Positions 36,375 through 47,359 of a DNA stretch of 55,860 nt are shown here, piece by piece. The notes below the pieces were generated by a model. The model worked only from the letters and a program-made list of their open reading frames with translations, was not told the origin of the DNA and ran no database searches. A program made the position numbers and the translations under genes. The number at the start of each line of letters is the position of its first letter. Position 1 is the stretch's first letter. The stretch is from Alloascoidea hylecoeti (taxonomy: Eukaryota): assembly GCA_001600815.1 (NCBI GenBank), contig BCKZ01000034.1, positions 62,001 through 117,860 of the forward strand, in the 5' to 3' direction.

Positions 36375-36776
36375 TAACCCAGAATGGAAAGAATAAACCA
36401 CTATTATGTCTGGAACCAAATGTAGAAACCGAGGAACACATATTCAATGTAGAATAAAGAAAATAATATTTGAAAGGATTATCAACTAAAGAATCACAAA
36501 TGAATTAATTCAAATCAACAATATAGGAGAAGCGATTAGAAACCTGAGAAACAAAAGAAGATCCGGAACAACAACATTAGAATCAACAGACAAAGAACTT
36601 TTAACTGCAGTGAAAGCTGACATTAGAAGAATCAATAATCAGTACTTGTGATCATACAAATTTATGACATATTCTTAAATATTTATTTCAAACAAAATTA
36701 ACTTTCTATAAATCAAATTTAATAGTTTAGCTTAAATAGTTATACTTTTAATATAAAATAATGTATGGAAAAAAAG
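36375..36776 (+). mobile_element. Decayed LINE 3' end related to 35660-36372
   Basis: LLCLEPNVETEEHIFN and EAIRNLRNKRRS parallel the neighbouring copy; A run at ~36769-36776. Confidence 0.62.
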
Positions 36777-37042
36777 AGACTCCCCAACATTAGGAGCAGC
36801 TTCCACTAAAGCATCTACCGTGCAGGAAAAAAACGTCTTTAATATTAATTTGAGATTTCATATTATGAATAACACAGTGTTACACACACTTTGAGTGTGA
36901 GCCAGTTTATCAATATAGATCCACTATAAGTAGTGAACATTCTTAAGCTCTGTTGTACACCCATAACAAATAGATAGCATGTACCTGCATATAATATAAT
37001 GAATATATTAACTAGACTTTATGATAATCGATCCAATGTGTT

Positions 37043-38572
37043 CTATCTATTGGGGTTAGTGGCATCTTCAGCATCTCTAAATTCAGCTATCAACGCTTCA
37101 GTTTCTAGTTGCATTTCTCTGATCCAAACCGCGACATCACTATCAGACCTATTATACATTAAAGAGTTTGCAAACATTCTACAAATTTCTCTTTCCAGTT
37201 GAGCACTATTTGCAATCCTTCCGTCTTTTAAAGATGCTTTAATAGTGCGTAAGTCAGTTGGATTGTATATTAGGGAATAATAGTCAGGAGCGACATTTTC
37301 ATTGACACGATTAGCAAAAAAGGAAGCGGATTTATGAGATGCTATATTTGATATAACAGGACTCACAATACTGAACCATTTTTTATCAACAGCTGCAACA
37401 TTCATTGGAGTAGATGGACCGGGTGTTATAGAAGTTGATCGAATTCTTTTACGACTCAGATTAGGTAAATTGCTTTTACGCGACCGTTTTAGGTTGCGAT
37501 TTATCACTGGCTGTTCTTCAGTAGCATTGGGATCATCTTCATAATCATCGTCGTCTTCGTCATCATCATCCTCTTCTTCTTCATCATCAGTATCACTACT
37601 AGCTTTCAAAAGTTTTTGTTGCAAATTGTCAGACTTTTTATTTTTATTTTTAACTTTAATTTCTTCAACCTTATCAATTTCTTTAACATCTTCATTTTTA
37701 TCCATTTCAGTTTTATTTTCATCTTCTTCAACATGTACATTTTTAATTTTCATTTTATTTTCATTTTCATTATCATTTTTAGTAATTTTTATTTCATTTT
37801 TATTTTCTTGAATACTTTCAATTTCAATTTCTTTATCATTTCCATTTTCATAAATTCTTTCCATTTTTGATGAGGTTGAAGCTCGATCTTTCCTTCTCAT
37901 ATATAATTCAGCTTCTGTCATGTGTAGCTGTGTAGGATTAACTTTTATAGTTGAGGCCTCTGTTTGTGACAATTCTTCATAATAAGAAGGTGAATGTATT
38001 TCAAATTCTAGACAAGAAGAACCTAGAGGAGGATTGAACAATTCCGCATCCATCTCACCTATTTCAATCCTTTTTATTTCCTGTAGTTTTAGATTATATT
38101 GTCTTTCATCATTTTTTATTGCACAGATCATTTCATCTTTATATTGTTTAAATAGAGCAGGTATTTTAGAGGTGATAGTTGTAGGGGAGATAAATAATAA
38201 AACATCAGAATCGGTTCTTTGTATCATTATTTCTTGAGAGGTTAGAATGGCGGATAATATGTTTCCACATTGAGATAAGGTAAAACAAGGATATTTTCTG
38301 GATTGGAAATCATCCTGAATTGAAGCGGTGTGGTTTTGTGATGATGAAGAAATTTCCTCATTATTAGTATGCATATTAATATTCTCGTTAAAAAATGGGT
38401 TTGTGTTCATTGCTTCGACAACCCTCGACAAGCTAACACCAATCTTGTCTTCATCCGTGTCAATGATTACATTCTGATATGGATTGAGTAAACACTGGTG
38501 GACAGTTTGTATTAATAAGAGTTTTTCCAAAGTACCTGGAGAATTTCCTGACGAGAAGGAGGAGGAAGCCAT
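37043..38572 (-). CDS. C-terminal bromodomain protein (BRD8/Bdc1-like)
   Basis: FANRV....APDYYSLIYNPTDLRTIK...MFANSLMYN bromodomain, acidic tract and basic NLS-like segment. Confidence 0.88.
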   Translation of the reverse strand: MASSSFSSGNSPGTLEKLLLIQTVHQCLLNPYQNVIIDTDEDKIGVSLSRVVEAMNTNPFFNENINMHTNNEEISSSSQNHTASIQDDFQSRKYPCFTLSQCGNILSAILTSQEIMIQRTDSDVLLFISPTTITSKIPALFKQYKDEMICAIKNDERQYNLKLQEIKRIEIGEMDAELFNPPLGSSCLEFEIHSPSYYEELSQTEASTIKVNPTQLHMTEAELYMRRKDRASTSSKMERIYENGNDKEIEIESIQENKNEIKITKNDNENENKMKIKNVHVEEDENKTEMDKNEDVKEIDKVEEIKVKNKNKKSDNLQQKLLKASSDTDDEEEEDDDDEDDDDYEDDPNATEEQPVINRNLKRSRKSNLPNLSRKRIRSTSITPGPSTPMNVAAVDKKWFSIVSPVISNIASHKSASFFANRVNENVAPDYYSLIYNPTDLRTIKASLKDGRIANSAQLEREICRMFANSLMYNRSDSDVAVWIREMQLETEALIAEFRDAEDATNPNR

Positions 38573-38677
38573 ATTTGTTCAAACTATATTTCCTGGTGGT
38601 GGGTAGAAAGGAGGAAGGAGAACTATGTATTTTGGTTTATGAATAATAAGACTTTAGGCTTGAAAAATTATTAATTA

Positions 38678-39163
38678 ATGGCAGTAATAACATTCAAACA
38701 ACTACAAACAGAACAATCATCTGTTTTAGAAGGCCACATCTTCACATGTAATACATCATCTGGAATAGCCCTTTTAGAGATTCAGGGTAAATTTGAAATT
38801 CCAGAAGAGCTACAAACGGATACGGATGAAAGTTTAAGGATTATTGATGCAATAAATGGAGAGAAAGCATCGAATGAAAGTGAAACAGACATATCAGATC
38901 ATTCCAAAGTGATAATGAAGCCAATAGATGGGAGTCCAGCAATACGGGTTGGTAGATTGAATATTCAAGGATGTTATGCTACGTTACAAGTTGGCACCAA
39001 CCAATTATTGAGAGGAAAAGTGGAGGATCTTGATGATCCATTCCTTATAGTGAGGACTAGGAAGATTGAAAGTGAATTGAAGGCTGAGATTATTGATGTG
39101 ATTAAACAGAGGATAATTTTTAAAAGTCGGCCCGCCCCTATAACAGGTTCAAATGAAATATGA
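38678..39163 (+). CDS. CTF8: Ctf18-RFC subunit Ctf8
   Basis: LLEIQG, VGRL, Q.LRGKV..L..P and IIFKSRPAPI motifs. Confidence 0.88.
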   Translation: MAVITFKQLQTEQSSVLEGHIFTCNTSSGIALLEIQGKFEIPEELQTDTDESLRIIDAINGEKASNESETDISDHSKVIMKPIDGSPAIRVGRLNIQGCYATLQVGTNQLLRGKVEDLDDPFLIVRTRKIESELKAEIIDVIKQRIIFKSRPAPITGSNEI

Positions 39164-39332
39164 TTTTTATATGATGGATATAATATGCAATTATAGTTGA
39201 TTTTACAGGGCACGATATTTCGAGATGATATCGTTATTTAGTATATATTCCATGGGTATACTTATAGATCACTATTTATACACAGATACATGATGAGCAT
39301 TAAGATAGAAGAATCTAATCATTATAAGTTAT

Positions 39333-40775
39333 TTATAGTTGTATATTATCAATAGCATCAAAGGTTACAATTTTTGAATTTCTATTTCCATTTTCAATGG
39401 TATTAGCATTATCATTAACATATGACCAAAGCGATTTCAAAAAAGGAGCACTAAAAAAATGGATTGTTCTTGTGGTATCAATAAACCATCTATCTAGATA
39501 ACCACCAACGCCTTCTTCTCTTGTTATGGTAATTTTTGTTAGAGTATTTGAAAGAAAGTCAAAGAGTAGGTATAGATCATCTTCTTCGGAATCAACATTG
39601 GATTCTGAATCATAGTAGTCGACAAATGATAACAAATAGTTATCATCATTAGAAGTTATCATATCAATGGTTAGGTAGTCAGAGGAAAAAAGGTTGTTCC
39701 ATTTGTAAGAAGGAAAAGAATGGGATGGGGAAATTAAATTTAAAGGGATAATGTCAGTAGCAGTAGGGGTGGAATAAGAAGAGGTTTGTGAAGTTCCATC
39801 GAATGGGAAAAGATGAAGCATCAATTGAGCAAGGGACATGAAATTCGTTTGAAAGTCATGAGCCATGAAGATATGAGTAGATGTGAAAGCCATTGAGACA
39901 AGATCGGTGCCTACCAGTAAATGAAGGATATGACCTAATATATGACCAGTTTGTCTGTTGAGGACAATCAAATTGTTTGTTAAATCAGCACCATACAAGA
40001 CGAAGACAAATTTATTATGAAGAAATAGGTTTGAGATCGAGTTTGTTGGGATGGGAAGAGAAATGGAGGTGCTCCATCGGAGAGTATGGCAATTGATGGT
40101 AGATGAGGTTTCAGCCGCACGGATGATTGCAGATGAAGTGATATCTGAGACAGGGTAAGCCAGATCGAAGATGAAGTTGCCATCGACCAGAGATTTGTGG
40201 TAAGGAATCGACAAGCGGGCATCTTCTAGAGACAGTTCCAGTGAGGGAGAGTCCAGTGAGGGAGAATTCAGTGAAGGAGAGACGGGGAGAGCTGGAGAGT
40301 GAATAGAAAGAGAGCCCTTATCTAAGTCAATGTATAATTTGTCCTCTTCTCTTGGAAATAAAGGATGTGTGGGTACAACAAGCAATTTTGAGTAGTCATC
40401 GGTGCCCATTCTGGCCCTGAAACCTCGAGGGCTGTACAAAACTGAAAATGGGCGAGTTGGAAGACGGTCAATGATTATCTGTAAGTAGTCTGAGTCTGGC
40501 TTTGGAGAATTGAGTCCCAATGAGTAGGACAAGTGGGTGCGGGCTGAGCATCCGAGGCAGCGATGTTGAGTGTAGTATCGCCGAGCAGCCTGTTTCCACG
40601 TCTCTCCCGGAAAACAACACGCAAACAGCCCGTATTTTTGGCGCAGCCAATGGGCGAAAAACGGTTCGTCTAGCAGGCAAAAATAAGTGCGATTACAAGC
40701 GGAAAGAGAGACCAATTCCGGGGCTTCGGCATTTTGGAGGATTTCGTGAAGCAATTCGAGTGGCAGCGAATTCAT
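39333..40775 (-). CDS. F-box protein (480 aa)
   Basis: N-terminal LPLELLHEIL......LVSLSACNR F-box pattern; the remainder is unrecognised. Confidence 0.8.
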   Translation of the reverse strand: MNSLPLELLHEILQNAEAPELVSLSACNRTYFCLLDEPFFAHWLRQKYGLFACCFPGETWKQAARRYYTQHRCLGCSARTHLSYSLGLNSPKPDSDYLQIIIDRLPTRPFSVLYSPRGFRARMGTDDYSKLLVVPTHPLFPREEDKLYIDLDKGSLSIHSPALPVSPSLNSPSLDSPSLELSLEDARLSIPYHKSLVDGNFIFDLAYPVSDITSSAIIRAAETSSTINCHTLRWSTSISLPIPTNSISNLFLHNKFVFVLYGADLTNNLIVLNRQTGHILGHILHLLVGTDLVSMAFTSTHIFMAHDFQTNFMSLAQLMLHLFPFDGTSQTSSYSTPTATDIIPLNLISPSHSFPSYKWNNLFSSDYLTIDMITSNDDNYLLSFVDYYDSESNVDSEEDDLYLLFDFLSNTLTKITITREEGVGGYLDRWFIDTTRTIHFFSAPFLKSLWSYVNDNANTIENGNRNSKIVTFDAIDNIQL

Positions 40776-40890
40776 GAAAAGGGCAAAAGTCTAATTTGTT
40801 TGTTTGTTTTAGTGGCCTCAATACACCCACACACCCACACTAATACATTCACATTTCTGTTCTGTCCAGTGCCCACTAATTGCAACCACA

Positions 40891-42773
40891 ATGAACGCGA
40901 CAAACCCGCCCACCCGTCCCATTTGTGACGCTCCCCGTGCGAAACAGGCTGGCCTCCCACTGGAAGTTCCCCATTTGTTGCACCGGAGTGTGACTGTTTC
41001 CTCGTCAGACAGCGAGTCCAGCAGCTCCGACAGCGAGTCTTCTCTGTCCCACCGGTCAGACACCTCCTTCACCTCCATCGAAGGAAGCCCACAACGGCTG
41101 ATGTCCCAACGGGAGTCGCTTGCCCACCATCCTGTCCTGACTCCCGTAGTCACCGCGGCCCAGATCCCTGCCCAGATCCCGGCTCTGGCTCCACCAGCGT
41201 CCGAACCCATCGCCTCTCCCAGGATCTCTTCTCAAAACCATCTTTCATTGAATTATAAAACTTCAACAACAAAACCTCAAAAGTTCAACTTAGGCGACCT
41301 TCATCGTCAAACCCAATCAAAACTGCATCCTTCTTCTCCAGCCTCTTCCAATCCTCCAACCCACCCTCAGGTTCTAGACGATGAAACTATATTTAGAAAT
41401 TCAATCCTTGCAAAACGTGAAGAGAAGAAAAGAAGATTACTCGAAGAAGATGGCGACCGTGTATTAGTTGGAAATAAAATTACTGAGGACCATGTCAATT
41501 ATGTCACCGCCTATAACATGCTCACTGGAATCAGAGTTTCCGTCTCTCGTTGTAATGCTCAAGTTGACCGGCCTCTTACTGATGCTGACTTCAAAGAAAA
41601 ACATAAAGTCGCCTTTGATGTCTCCGGAAACGAAATCCTTCCTTCAGCTAAATATGACTTCAAATTTAAAGATTACTCTCCTTGGGTATTCAGACACTTG
41701 CGTGATATCTTTCATGTCGACCAGGCGGATTATTTAATGTCCTTGACCTCCAAATATATTCTATCCGAACTAGGCTCTCCTGGGAAAAGTGGCTCATTCT
41801 TTTACTTCTCAAGAGACTATCGTTTTATTATTAAAACAATACATCACGCTGAACATAAACGTCTACGTAAAATCCTTAAAGATTACTATAACCACGCTAA
41901 GGAAAATCCAAACACTCTCATCTCCCAATTTTATGGCTTACATCGTGTTAAAATGCCCTTTGGAAGAAAAATTCATTTCGTTGTCATGAACAATTTATTC
42001 CCACCTCACAGAGACATTCACAAGCGTTACGATTTGAAGGGCTCAACAATGGGTAGATTCACGGATGTTCAAGGTAAATCTGGCCCCGTACTTAAAGATC
42101 TCAATTGGCTTAATTCAAACGAACAATTAAAATTGGGCCCTGAAAAATCAAATGCCTTTGTTTCTCAATTGGAAAAAGATGTGGTCTTGTTGAAAAAGTT
42201 GGGGATTATGGATTATTCTCTTTTGTTAGGTGTCCATGAGCTGGAAAGAGGTAATAAAGAGAAAATTCGAGATAGAACTTTAAGTATTTTTGAACCCAAT
42301 GCTTCAGAAGTTAATCAAATTAAAAGAACAAGTACTGATACCTCAACTGCTGAAAAAAGATGTTCTTCTGACCTAAGAAATGCTTTGATTAATACAAAAC
42401 CAATCACTGCCCGTTTAAGTGAAAATTTACCAGAAACTGTTCCACCAGGGTAAGTATTTTTATATTCTATTTTATTCTATTCTATTTTATCAACATCGAC
42501 TAACTAAATTATCATAACAGACTATGTAGTCATTACTTTTATAGTGACGACGGTGGCTTCCAAGCAACCGATGATTCTGATGAACCTTTATCTGAGGTCT
42601 ATTATTTAGGTATAATAGATTGTCTTACCCACTACTCTACAATCAAGAAATTGGAAACCTATTGGCGCTCAATGAATCACAAACGATCCACCGTATCTTC
42701 TGTTCCTCCATCAGAATATGGTGACAGATTCTTGAGTTTCATGAAAAAAGCTGTTAGATTCTCTAAACACTAA
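40891..42773 (+). CDS. MSS4: Phosphatidylinositol-4-phosphate 5-kinase; exons 40891-42449, 42521-42773
   Basis: [43 protein letters not shown] and [10 protein letters not shown] motifs. Intron 42450-42520 is GTAAGT...GACTAAC...CAG. Confidence 0.95.
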
Positions 42774-43164
42774 TTGCATTGCATGTGGGTTTGTTTCATC
42801 ATGATGGTACGGGTTTGGGTTGGTGTTATTATATTAAACGGTACAATCTAAAACCTGGGAACATTCAAAAATAAAACACAACTTAATTTGCTACTCCCAA
42901 CATTTTTCGTGTCCACAAGTTAAACTCTTAACCTGGGCTTAATTTTTTTTTATTTGTTTATGGACTTTGTTAATATTTATTTCCTATCTTTGTTATTATT
43001 ACCTTTTTTTTTTTTTTTTTTGTCTCTTATTGTCTTACTATCTTTACTTTTTTATTATACCTTGCTATTGCGAAAGTTTTTGGTTATTTTATAGCATTTG
43101 AAAATCATTGTGATTATTATGTACTCTCCAATATATTTACTAGTCTAGCTAGTTCTATAATTAT

Positions 43165-44033
43165 TTACCTCAGCTTTTGATCCTTTGCTGAAACGATCTT
43201 CTTACACCCTAAATGTGAAGTATCGTTGAATGCAACAAGCTTTCCTTGACTTAGGTCTCCATCATTTGTTATATCAACAGTTGTAATAGAGCAATTGTAT
43301 GGAACTTTTATATCTTGGACAGTAATACTCTTATCGATCTCAAATTTCAATTTATTCACAAAATAATGAATGAGATTTGAAATAACTCCTTATATAGCTT
43401 AAATGTTAGTATATATTCTTTAAATTTTATACATTTAAATTTATTAACAAATTATATTTCTTACCTCCATGGCTCACTATAACAATGTGCTTAGATCCCT
43501 TTTCAGTTTCCTGCTCTAATATTCCATTCCAACAATTTATTAATCTGCTCACATAGTCCTGTTTGTCTTCTCCAAATTCTTTATAATTCTTTCCTTTTTT
43601 GGCAGCATAATTTAGTGCATCGCTCACAAGCATTCCCTCAATCTCCCCCATTGATCTTTCACGCAACAATGATGTAGTTTGCACTTCGAGAGATGGGTGG
43701 TATAGGCCAATGGCAGTTGCCGTCTGATCATGATGTTAGTACCTTCAAATTTATAACTTGTTATAGTTACACACCTGCTGACAACGTTGCAAGTCACTGG
43801 ATATGACTGTATCAAGTTTAATAAGTTTGAATGCTTCCCCAAGCTTGTCTGCCATAGAAAGACCCTCCTCATTAAGCTTTGTATCTGAATATCATTGAAT
43901 TAGAGTTGAATCTATTTAAAAAAAAAAACATTTATACATGCGCAAATGACTTACCTAATTGTCCTTGAAATATTCTCTTGATGTTTTCTGCTGTCTGACC
44001 ATGACGAATAAAATAAAATCGTTGGGCAGTCAT
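43165..44033 (-). CDS. Histidine phosphatase (phosphoglycerate mutase family, YOR283W-like) paralog A; exons 44033-43955, 43884-43775, 43723-43465, 43388-43165
   Basis: IRHGQT, SSDLQRC.QTA, LRER.MG, VSHGG and NDTSHL motifs; three GT-AG introns. Confidence 0.88.
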
Positions 44034-44540
44034 TTAAAGTTTGCGACATTGTTCATTTCTTGGTGTCAAAACATGTGGATGGTTGGAAGGAGGTTTTCAA
44101 TAATGAAATCTTTGAAGGTATGCGGAACTGTCTTCTTTCTTATATGCACTAATGAAATGAATTTTTGAAGACCCCTTGATATCGAAAGACTTCAAGATCT
44201 CAACAAATGTCATTTGTTTACTCCCATATGTTGATATTTTGCTATAATACTATATGTTCACATTTACCCCTGAAAACATTTAAGTGTACTTCTTTTCTTT
44301 CATTTAAGTGAAGGTTATAATATTAAACAAATTTTCTGATGGTTTATAAAAATACTACAGTATTGCGCATTACACCAAATTTTGAACTAGCTAATATTCT
44401 ATTGTCTATAAATATTAAGAGAACTAATGAGTAAGTCAAATGAGAGATTTTTGTTCTAACTAAAATACTTAACTAGTAGCTACAAATAGTCATGACGAAT
44501 GCTCAAGTCACGAAAAACCAACATTATGCTATAAACAGAT

Positions 44541-45486
44541 CTATCTCAAATTCTGGTCTACAACTTCTAACTGTGCACCAAGGTGACTTGTGTCTCCAAA
44601 ATCTATAATATGCCCTAATTTACCATCATCTCTATCAAGAACTAATGTTGAAACTGAGGTGTTAAATGGAATCCTGACCTTTTCTGGAGTAACAGATGGA
44701 TCTGCTGTAAAGTGTCGTTCGTCTATTAAAAAACGTGTAAGATTTCGTATCACACCTATGAGACCAAATTCAAGTTAGTGATCCCACTACACAAAGAAAA
44801 TAAGAAGAGTGGATATAGAAAATTCTAAAAACTCACCGCCATGTGTAACCAATATAATTGTAGAATACCCATTGTTAATACTTTCATCTATAATATTATC
44901 CCAACCAGATAAAATTCTATTCATGAATGTCTCCTTGCTCTGAATATTGATTATTAGTACTATAACTTCATATAAATTTTAAATATAATTATTCCCATAC
45001 TTCTCCAAAGTCCCTGTACGATTTTCCATGATTCTTTCCATACTCAACAGCGTCCTTAAGGTACATTCCTTGTACGATTCCCATTTCTCTTTCCCTTAAA
45101 CTTGCCGTTTTAAATAATTTCTTTCCTGGGTGAAGCTTCAGTATGGCTTCAGATGTCTAAATTGTGAATTAGATAAAAGAAATTTATACTTTAGATTGCG
45201 GACATAAACATAACACACACCTGTTGACACCTTAACAAGTCACTAGATATTAGCTTTTCAAAGTTTACATTTCTGAAGCGGTCTCCGACTTTAGATGCTT
45301 GGCCCAATCCTTCTTTATTCAAACTAGTATCTAATATTTCAATGAAGTCTAAGTAAGTAAATGTTCAGTATCAATGCATATGAAGAAAAGTGAATACAAA
45401 CCCATATGTCCCTGTAGAATCTTCTGAAGGTTTTGAGTCGTCTGACCATGTCGGACAATATAAACAGTTAGCTTTGGGATCGTCAT
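44541..45486 (-). CDS. Histidine phosphatase (YOR283W-like) paralog B; exons 45486-45402, 45330-45221, 45156-45001, 44939-44837, 44755-44541
   Basis: VRHGQT, SSDLLRCQQT, LRERE.G, VTHGG and GDTSHL motifs; four GT-AG introns. Confidence 0.88.
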
Positions 45487-47359
45487 ATTAAATGTAGAAG
45501 TAAGAAACTTCTTGATTTTAGAGTGTAGTTACACAGTAACGTGATCCTTTATTACGTAAGTTGCGTGATAGAATTGGAAAAGCTTGAAAAGGAAACAATT
45601 GGTGCGAACTCGCTTTTACCTAGGGACCAGGGTAGATTTTTGTCGGGTAATGCCCCATTTTACGCCGATCAATTTTTGGCCACGATGGCCCGTACCCGTG
45701 ATCGTGGGTATTTTTCATACAATTGCGGCGGTTCCTGGATATATCATAGTTAAGAGCAAGTTTGTAACAATTGTTTTATTGCACCATGGAGGTCCAGTAC
45801 GGTATATTAATGAGATGATTCTCAATAGGATCTCATTAATTTTAGATAGCTTGTAGAGAAATTATAGTATAAGCCCATAAATATAATGGTTCTGATACTA
45901 CATACCATACATGTACAGGATAATCAATCAATAAATACAGTTTTTCTACTCAGATTTCGCCATATTCGAGATCGATTTTCGAGATCGATTTTAGTAATGT
46001 ATGTATGTTTTCTTTTTCAGGATTTCGAGTTGTAATAATTCGTTTTCTGGGTGACCACAAATAAAAGTAAGTACTAGTGATTCAACTGATCAAAAAGAAG
46101 TTAATACTTTTATAAATATATATATTTTGAAATGCGCTTAGTTCAATAAAATTATTTGTGTTTTACAAATATTAAAGTCTTTGTGTTATCAATTAGAATG
46201 TACAACACTACACCCTTTTCTTTTTCCGAATTTCTTTAAATTTTACCGTTAGATCCCTTAAATCGACCCGAGTGTTATATCTAAATTTCATTAATTAAAA
46301 AATCGTTTGTGTTGAGAAAATCGCGTTTTAATGGTTTTTTTTTCATAGTTAAATCAGAAAACTTTTATTCTTTCAATTGTTATACTTTACATCTGTTTGT
46401 TTTCCCCAAACGTCGTATCTTCTTTTAAATCCTACCATTAGATTCCGCAATTCGACACCTTTGCTATGTCACATTTTTTCAAAATGTTATGGAACAGTGT
46501 TCGAGTTACTCGCATTTTAATATTTTTTATTCATACTTAAAAGATTTCATTTTAACCCTTATTTAACATCATGCATGCTATGGATATTGTTTTTTTTTAT
46601 GCATGCATGAGGATCTAAATCAATAATTTATTTCTTAATTGATTGAATCTAGACCTAATTATCTAGGGTATAAATTCGGAACTCGTTAATTCCTGTATGT
46701 ATAAATCCACCAAAGCACCTGTTTAGCTATTCGTTGCAAAAAGGCTTGTTTATATATAATTAAATGACAGATTCAGTTGGTCGTTCTTGTCAATTGCAAA
46801 CTTAAAAAAATTTGAAATATTTCTTGTACGGTTAAAAATTTTGAAACTGTATCTCTTTCTTACAGAGTCTTTGGTTGTATATATATGATAGATACATGCA
46901 GAATATCTGTATTACTTATTGTAATCAGTAAAAAAAATAGAAAAAATTACAAATTCTGATCGTTCTTAGTTGACATTTGAGTCTTATATTATCTTCAGCT
47001 GTTTTTTGTTCAAATTTGACACTTTGATTGGTTTATCACCGTTATTTGGTGGGTGAAAAAAAGGGGATCAAAAAAAAATTAACCTCACCTCTTCGAGGGT
47101 GATTTAGTGCTATCTATAAGGTTATAAGTAGATTTTTAGGGAATTAAATTAAATTCATGACTCATTTATTATTCTTAACGCGTTTCATGCTTTACAAGTA
47201 CAAGTAGTTATAAAATCATAATGAATGATAATTGAATTTAATTATAGTAAATTTATATATTTGCTATTTTAAAAAGAGGAAACTAATAACATTCATAGTA
47301 CGTTGTAAATACACTTTTGAATACAAATCATTAGATTAAAACTGAGAGATAATATCGAT

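Noticed and set aside
37616..37870. Phe/Ile-rich plus-strand ORFs
   Set aside because: Antisense of the Lys/Glu/Asn-rich part of the bromodomain gene.
45609..45624. U5 snRNA loop I
   Set aside because: GCTTTTACC does not match the invariant GCCTTTTAC, and no convincing closing stem was seen.
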